Shown here in pieces: positions 40,071 to 64,000 of a stretch of DNA of 64,000 nt (its first letter is position 1; the number at the start of each line of letters is the position of its first letter). Below the pieces are notes generated by a model. That model did not search any database. It saw only the letters and a program-made list of their open reading frames with translations, and was not told where the DNA came from. Origin of the DNA: Chrysomallon squamiferum (Eukaryota; Animalia; Mollusca); contig CM022670.1 in NCBI GenBank assembly GCA_012295275.1, positions 21,638,001 through 21,702,000 of the forward strand. Direction: 5' to 3'. A program made the position numbers and the translations under genes.

Positions 40071-42040
40071 TTGTATAACTATTGACCATATAACCGTGAC
40101 AATAACCATACCAAAATACACAGAAATAACTTTTTCTTTTCTTTTTCTTCTTCATCATCTTCTTCTTCGTCTTTCTTTTTTTTTCTTTTTTTTTCTTTCT
40201 TAAGTTTGGGCTACTCATGTCGTTTGATATATTACTAACATATCGTTTTTAACGTAACAAATATAAAAGTGGCGTATCCCCAGAGTCAAATTAAGTAACA
40301 CTCTGATGAAATTAAGTTTGTGATGAAATAACACATACATTTTCCAGACTGACTTACTGTCTGCGGCGGAGAAAAGGTGCATGTTTATTTACTATATGTT
40401 TAAATGCAGAATGAGATAATATATCAGCTTATTTTATTAGGGGATTTCCTAATAAAGACGAAATCAAAATCTAAAATCGTGAGAGAAGGAAATTGAAAAA
40501 TGTAACATCTAATGTTGTTAAAAAAATAGTAAAAAAAACGAAATAAAACAAAAACAAAATTGTAAAAAAAGAAAAAGGAAAAGAAGAAATGGTTGATTAC
40601 GCTTAATCTTTTATATTCTGTCTTGAATGTGACAGACGAACTCGCATTTATTGTTTAATAAGCCTTCCAAGTGAACCAGTATTGCCCGATCCATTAAAGA
40701 TAGCCCTTCAGGATCGACAACTCTATCTATCCAGTCGTCTGAAGAGATCTGTAAAACTACTGAAACATTGCTTATTCAATAACGACAACTTTTACTCATA
40801 AGGAATAATCACATTTTTGTTTCTATTATATCAACTGAAACGGGTCAGAAAGAATATTTAATTCAGACGTCTATCTTTAATAATGAGTTTATAAAGATAA
40901 CACTTTATTAAATATCTTTAGCAAATTTGATAAAGATCTCTCTTGAAATAGAAGCAAATTTACATTCAGATGTTAGCAGTGAACGTGAAGGTTAATATAT
41001 AGATATAAATAAACGTTTGATATACATGCATATACATAAACACGCACACACACATTTATATTAGGACGTTTAGACGGTGTACTTATTTATCCATGGTGGT
41101 AATGGATTATGTCTTGGTCTATTTGCCTGGGTTGTACTAGTTTTGGGGCTGGAACTGTTCACGTTATCTTTCTAAATCTTATAATTTTTTTTCTTCGCCT
41201 CTTTACAGCATTATCTTTAATTTGATGAAAGTCTCTTTTTTTTCTCTTTTCTTTTGTCTCTTATTGATTTTGTTGATTATTTTAATTTATCTTTTTAGGC
41301 TTTTACTTTAATTATTAAATGTATTGTCTGACTTGCCCAATTATTGCTGATGTATACTACATTGAATATGTGTTGTACGTGTTTTTACAAGTTTTGTAAG
41401 TAGAATTATCAAGTATAAGTACGTCTTTCACTAACTTGTTGGCAGTGTTTTACAGTTAGTTCTGTTCTCGCTCATTAACTTGTGTGAAATGCTTTATAAT
41501 AATTTAGTGTTGTCCTTCGTAACTCGTGTGATGTGTTTTAACATTAATTTCGAATTATTTCCCTAACATTGACATCGCTAGCTTCTCCTTGATATAAAGG
41601 TGAAGGTGTAGACAAAAACAAAAATCAATTTTCAAATACGATTTAGATTATTTCTTTATTGTGGCCTTCCTCCTGCTCAAAATAAATGTTAATATATACC
41701 TAACAAGTCCGTAGAGTTGTTTATTTGTATTTATTTATTTTGTTTTTGCAATCTGTATTTATGTGTCTGTCTGTTTGACGGTCTGTCTTATATCTTTGAA
41801 CAAAATTCCCCAAAACAACAACTAACATAAATAAATAAATAAGTAAATAAATAAATAAACATATAAATAAAAATGAATTACACAAAAAAAATGTAATAAT
41901 AATAAAAAAAAATAATTAAATAATTAAAAAAAACAAAAAAAACATTTAAATAAAAAAAAAAAAATAATATATATATATATATATAAACAAAAATATTAAA
42001 AAATAAATAAAAATTAAAAATTAAAATAAAAAGAGATTAT

Positions 42041-42077
<37 letters not shown>

Positions 42078-42867
42078 AAAAATAAGTAATAAATAAAAAT
42101 TAAAAGCAATAGATAAATAACTTTCTATTTTCTGTCTATCAGTCTCAAGACTTTAAGGCAAAAAGCTGATTATAGGATTCATATTTTTTATTTAGACTTC
42201 AGAGATAGGTATTTTACAAGCGTATGACACTAGTATATGTTATTCAAAATTTAGTATAAGCTTCGGCTACTTTTCGTCCAACAGTTATTTACTCAATACA
42301 GACATAAATAAAATACTGTAAACTGTAACACCAGCTGGTTTTTTAAAACTATCTACACTCTTCTTGTTTTTGTTATGCTCAGTTTAATTTCTACAGTCAA
42401 ATACTAATTAAGCGAAACTTAAATAGCTACATAAACATAAAAACTGAGAAATATATTTTGATAAAAATGAATTAACAGTATATCGTAACTGAATACACTC
42501 ATTATCCTTTGTATGCACAGTACGTTCATATGAAGAAAACCAAAGTGAAATATAGGTGTCTAAATGTGGGATACAACTGAAATATGCGTATACAAATCCA
42601 AACAAAAACGAACACAACAACAGCAAACAAACGCAAGGCTTTTGTTCTCTAGAAAATGTGTTATGCTACTGATATTTTATTTTTTTTATTGGTTTTCAGA
42701 AATATTTTCATCAGCTTCACAAAATTGCTTCTCTAAGATTTCTTTATCTAAAAACTGGTAGAAGCATTTATGAGTTGTCTGGAGATGTACAGAAAATCGT
42801 GGAGGTTTTTACATCTTACATATTTCCTCGTATGGAGATTCTTGATCAACAGTTTCAACTTACAAAG

Positions 42868-43110
42868 CATCGTAATCATCTGTATATTGCTGGTCATCAT
42901 AATCATCTGTATATTGCTGGTCATCGTAATCATCTGTTTATTCATGGTCATCACAATCATCTGTATATTGCTGGTCATCGTAATTATCTATATGCTGCTG
43001 GTCTTCGTAATCATCTGTATATTCCTGGTCATCATAATCATCTGTATAATGCTGGTCATCGTAATTATCTATATATTGCTGGTCTTCGTAATCATCTGTA
43101 TATTGCTGGT
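42868..43110 (-). repeat. 27-bp tandem repeat x9 (YTDDYDDQQ-like) in gene C tail
   Basis: Nine diverged copies of the unit seen at 14533-14694. Confidence 0.95.
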
Positions 43111-43551
43111 CATCCTCTGTGTTGTGTTGTGTGTTCTCATCATCAAGCTGTCCTGCAGATTTTCTGTTATGTCCGGTATGAAGCATGGGCATCGACATCA
43201 ACAGCATTGATTGCAATAGGACCTGTCGCTCCTGTTGTGGAGTGGATGTTTAGGTTCTTAAAAAATGACACAGATGGTTCTTTCAATTTGGTCCTTGTTC
43301 TTTTCACCCTGAAATTATTTATTTACGTCAACAAGATTTAGTGGTCGTCTTTTAAATTAGTTTATGATTTCCTTACCTAACACATGTTATTAGATGTTTG
43401 GTCGATATATTACGTTTCTTGAGACAGAGATAGTTAATTATTGATAAATGTCTGAATGCAATTTTTGTGCATTACAATAAATAATGCTCCTTACAATTTA
43501 GATTCTTGTATGACGAAAAAAAAAATAAAGCATATAAAATTATTTCCTTAC

Positions 43552-43648
43552 CTAATAACTGCAATAACTGTAGCTGCACTTAAAACTGTGACACATGAGA
43601 TAATAATAATAATAATACTAACAGTGTCTGTGAGTCTCTTTTGTGAAA
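43552..43648 (-). CDS. gene C transmembrane exon
   Basis: SQKRLTDTVSIIIIIISCVTVLSAATVIAVIR; 97 nt, phase 1->2, canonical splice sites. Confidence 0.85.
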
Positions 43649-43976
43649 CTGGAAAAAAAAAAAATCAACAAAATAATAATTTCTATATGTTTATTGTGAA
43701 GTATGTTTTTCTAACACGTCTAACAGCAATAAACAAACAGATAGAAAGTTGGATAAACAAATACTGAGAAACAATTAGACAGATTAATAGATAGACATAT
43801 AGATAGATAATCAGATAGAAACAGATAAATACATAAATAATTAAGTGAAATGATTAATAACAGAAACCAAAAATCCCAATAAATATTTCACTGTTATATG
43901 AATACGTTTAATATATATTCTTTCTTTGTAACATATAATCTACAGAACGTTAAAGTGAAAAAAAAAAGTTACTTAC

Positions 43977-60402
<16,426 letters not shown>

Positions 60403-61132
60403 CTAGTAATAATAACAATAATAATGGTATCATTATAATTATCATTATTATTATTATTTAAGTAAAATAAAAGAAGTGTGTTTAATGATTTTTTTGTTCT
60501 TAGAAAGTAACAATAAAGTAAGAAACAAGCAAAATATTATATAAACAGATAGACATATAGAGAGATTCATAGATGAATATATAAGTAATTTGATCGTAAA
60601 TGAATTAATATATTAGAAGAAAAGCCTTAGAAAGAAAATAAACTGGCTTTTAAAATGTAGTAAACTGTGATTCTTACGGAGGAAATACATCCTTGTTTTA
60701 ACAAAGGTAGTGAGTGAATTTTTGGAGTGTGAGTTACTAGTAAATGAATTAAAAAATATAATTATACTAAACTATTATAGCAGACCATTTATCCGGCTTC
60801 CAAAAAACAGGTTCTTAAGCCAATTATTCAAAAGCTAACATTTCTAAAAGAAAACTTTATTGTAATTATCATTTTCAGTATAGTATAGTTAATTTTATAA
60901 AACCACAATTAATTCTTATTTATAACTTTACTTATTTTTCTTTCTTCTTTTTAGTAACGAGACGTCTTCATAGAGTTTCAGTATGATCAGGACATTTTGA
61001 TCATTGTTTTTGCTAATTTGACATTGTCAATGTGAAATAAAATTAGTAGATAATTAAACTATACAGAACTGTGTTAATCATGATACGTGTTTCAGTCAGA
61101 TTTAACACAAAGGACAGTTCTCTTTAACTCAC

Positions 61133-61627
61133 CATAGACTTCAGCCTCCTCAAAGTTCAAGGTTGTACTAATACCAGGGCCATGATTTGTTCCTTGATAA
61201 ACAGTCACATATCTGGCATTTATATTACACGTGACATTTACGACATCAGGAATATCAGATCCATCTCGTCTCCCAGTAACATTACCACACAAATGTCCTG
61301 TGTTAGATGAATTCACTGCTGTGTTTGTGTAGATCTGTACTCCGCGTCTTCGCCTCCCAACTAAACAGAAACGTAACATTGAAATAAAACAACTCTTTAT
61401 AAAACTCGTTTGTGAATATATCAAAATATTTTAGCTTGATATAAGAAAATAGTAATGATATAAAATCATCTAGGAATTAAATATTATGTATTCGTTGAAA
61501 AGGGTAGGCTGTATCTACGTATGCGCTTGTATGTCTGTATATATGAGTGGTTTATTTTTGCTTTCTATGTGCTTGTATATATATATGTGTGTGTGTGTGT
61601 GTGTCTGCATGCACGTTTGTGTGTGCT

Positions 61628-61661
<34 letters not shown>

Positions 61662-62023
61662 TATATATATGTTATGAAATGTACATATATAATAATTTCT
61701 GATAACTGTTAAAAAACAAAAGAAAACAACAACAAAAAGCAAATAAATAAATAAATAAATAAAAATAAAAATTAAATAAATAAAAGATAAATAAACATGT
61801 TTACTTACATCCTATTCTGAAATATATTTTCACTTCATGAACAAAGTACAGTTTTCCTAGATCCACTTCCCACCACGTGTAATTCTGATCATCCCTGTGT
61901 GTATAAAGTTGTCTCCATTCTGTTTAGTTTCTCCGTCCACAGCTAGTGAAGCATTGCGTTGTGAAAAGTAGTAGTCTGAATAATAAGAACTTTGGTAGGC
62001 TGGCTTATGTAGAGCTACATTTT
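61133..62023 (-). CDS. gene C F-type lectin domain exons (1-nt frameshift)
   Basis: NVALHKPAYQSSYYSDYYFSQRNASLAVDGETKQNGDNFIHTG/DQNYTWWEVDLGKLYFVHEVKIYFRIG|FGRRRRGVQIY...TLNFEEAEVY. Confidence 0.85.
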
Positions 62024-64000
62024 CTGAAAATAAAACAACAAAATAAATAAATAAACAAAATAATTAGTAAGTAAGAAATATAATTTATGTTAGACATAAA
62101 AATAACAACGTAAAAAGCAATATAAACGTAAAAACTTAGTGAAATAAGATTAATATTCAGTAAAATATATTTTGATTTTTCGACGTATTTATTTATTTGT
62201 TGATTATGTTGTTGCTTTGTTTCATTGTTCATTTATTTATTTATTTGTTTGTTTGTTTGTCTGTTTCTTTGGTTATTCGTATTATTATAGTTGTCGTTGT
62301 TGTTGTTTTTGTTGTTTTACTTTATTTCATTTATTTATTTTTTAATTTTATATCAGTCGTTAAAAATAGTATAGGTTTCATTTGGATATCTTCAGTTTTA
62401 GATATTTGACTAAGACATTTTTGCGTTTTGTAATATCAGCCGTATTAAATGAAATAAATAAATAAATACAATTTATAAATTTGAAATTAAAGTAAACAAG
62501 GCAATTTTGCCGTGAATTAAAAGTAAGGCGAAGTTTAGTACGGAAGGACGAGTACCCGCCCATCTCCCCTATCCCCCTCCCGTGGCTTTGCAATTTAAAA
62601 TATCAATGGAAACTGTATTTGACATCTTAAAAATTAAAAATTAAGCATTACCGGCAACTGTAGAAAACCAACATTTCGGCGGAGAGTAACGACCGGCCAA
62701 TTCACAAAACTGAATTGATTGACGATACTCAGAGTGACCGAATGACCGAACTTTCGTACACTGACGTTCTTAAAATGATAAAGCAAATTAAAACTGTTCC
62801 TGCTAATACCGAAAGCCGATTTTCGTTACTGATGTTAAACACAGAAGCCATTACAGAGAAAAGTTCTTTGGAGAGAAATATATATAAATAATAATAACAA
62901 AAATTTAAAAAAACAACAACAAGCAAACAAAAGAAATGCAGTAATCAGACTCTTTCTCAGTTTATATATAAACAAACAAACAAATACAGAAATAAAGAAA
63001 GTGCATTCACGATAAATTTTTAACTAATTCTATAACTGTTTAAATAAAAAGAGTATCTGTAAGATGAAATGTCGATAATTCAGTCGTACAGATCTCAGGT
63101 ATAATAAGTTTTGCGACTTCAGCCAGACACCGTGATGCAAATTCAAAAGGTTCCAGGAGAAGTGAGTCAAGAGCCTTGATTTACTGTATATAGAGACTTT
63201 ACATAGAACATATTTTTCACTGCTAAAGTAAAGCAGTCGCAGGTTTCATCTCACTTGTTACACAGATAATAACCGTTAATACTAGCCTGTGCTGAAACAT
63301 CGTTAAAATGCTAACAGACATACATATATTTTTGTCCACAAACACACAAATACACATACATACAAACATATACATACACACATATATACATACAAACATA
63401 CACAGATATATACATACAAACATACACATACACACATACATACATACATACAGACAGATTTATATATATATGAGAAGAGCAACTGGAGAATTTTTGTTTT
63501 CTATAATATTTGAAACGAACTTACGAAACTCTGCAAAAATCTTGACACGACACAAACAAATAAAATACAAAACAAAAGCGAAAAACATCCACACTGTAGC
63601 CATGTTGTAAACACTTAGTCACTGTCAACTAACAAGTCTTTGTCTCTGCAAAGCGGAATTAATTTAGAAAGTTTCAGTGCATCACTATTATATTCGTTCA
63701 AATACACGTGCTATAATCATGTGATTAACTAAATGCTATTTGTATTTAATTGTTTAAGGGACAAAGTTTTTTGTATCTACGCTGATCTTTTAAAAATAAA
63801 AATTTTCATCACGCTTGAATCACTTAAGCTGGATACGTGACATGAAAAAAAAATGAAGCTGGACATAATAAATTGTTTTTCATCTTTTAAATTCTATAAA
63901 TACATGATTAGTAATACAATCCTTATCTTGACCTCTTGAAACAAGGTCAGTTTGACAGCGGATCGCTAAAGTGTCATGGCAGACAGATCAAACTTCCTGC

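Noticed and set aside
61340-61358. RRRR / KRKRR as a furin cleavage site
   Set aside because: It aligns with the Arg-containing binding loop inside the lectin fold; there is no evidence for processing.

Overview
AT-rich, microsatellite-dense eukaryotic DNA with spliceosomal GT-AG introns, most likely an invertebrate. A mollusc is my inference from gene content, not something shown by the sequence. Most supplied ORFs are microsatellite artefacts, so I assembled gene models by hand from splice sites and exon phases. (1) A + strand gene ends in the window with a TM exon and a cytoplasmic exon (2164-3022). (2) Two tandem minus-strand CD225/dispanin (IFITM/PRRT-like) genes with PPxY-rich N-termini lie at 4727-9990 and 11610->13399; the second is cut by a 200-N gap. 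(3) A tandem cluster of three minus-strand paralogous type-I receptor genes follows: A 14474-25891, B 30807-37841, C 42814-63603. Each has signal peptide, F-type (fucolectin/F5/8C-like) lectin domain, an array of phase-1 8-Cys EGF-like exons (10 + 1 remnant, 5 and 24 copies), TM, and a tail with an ITAM-like YxxL-x10-YxxI. Only B has the ITAM in frame. In A and C it is preceded by a 27-bp Tyr/Asp repeat expansion and is out of frame or interrupted by stops, and both have a frameshifted lectin exon. Also present are tRNA-derived SINE-like elements, Tc1/pogo and hAT MITEs, two Tigger-like remnants and a MULE transposase fragment. All models lack transcript support.
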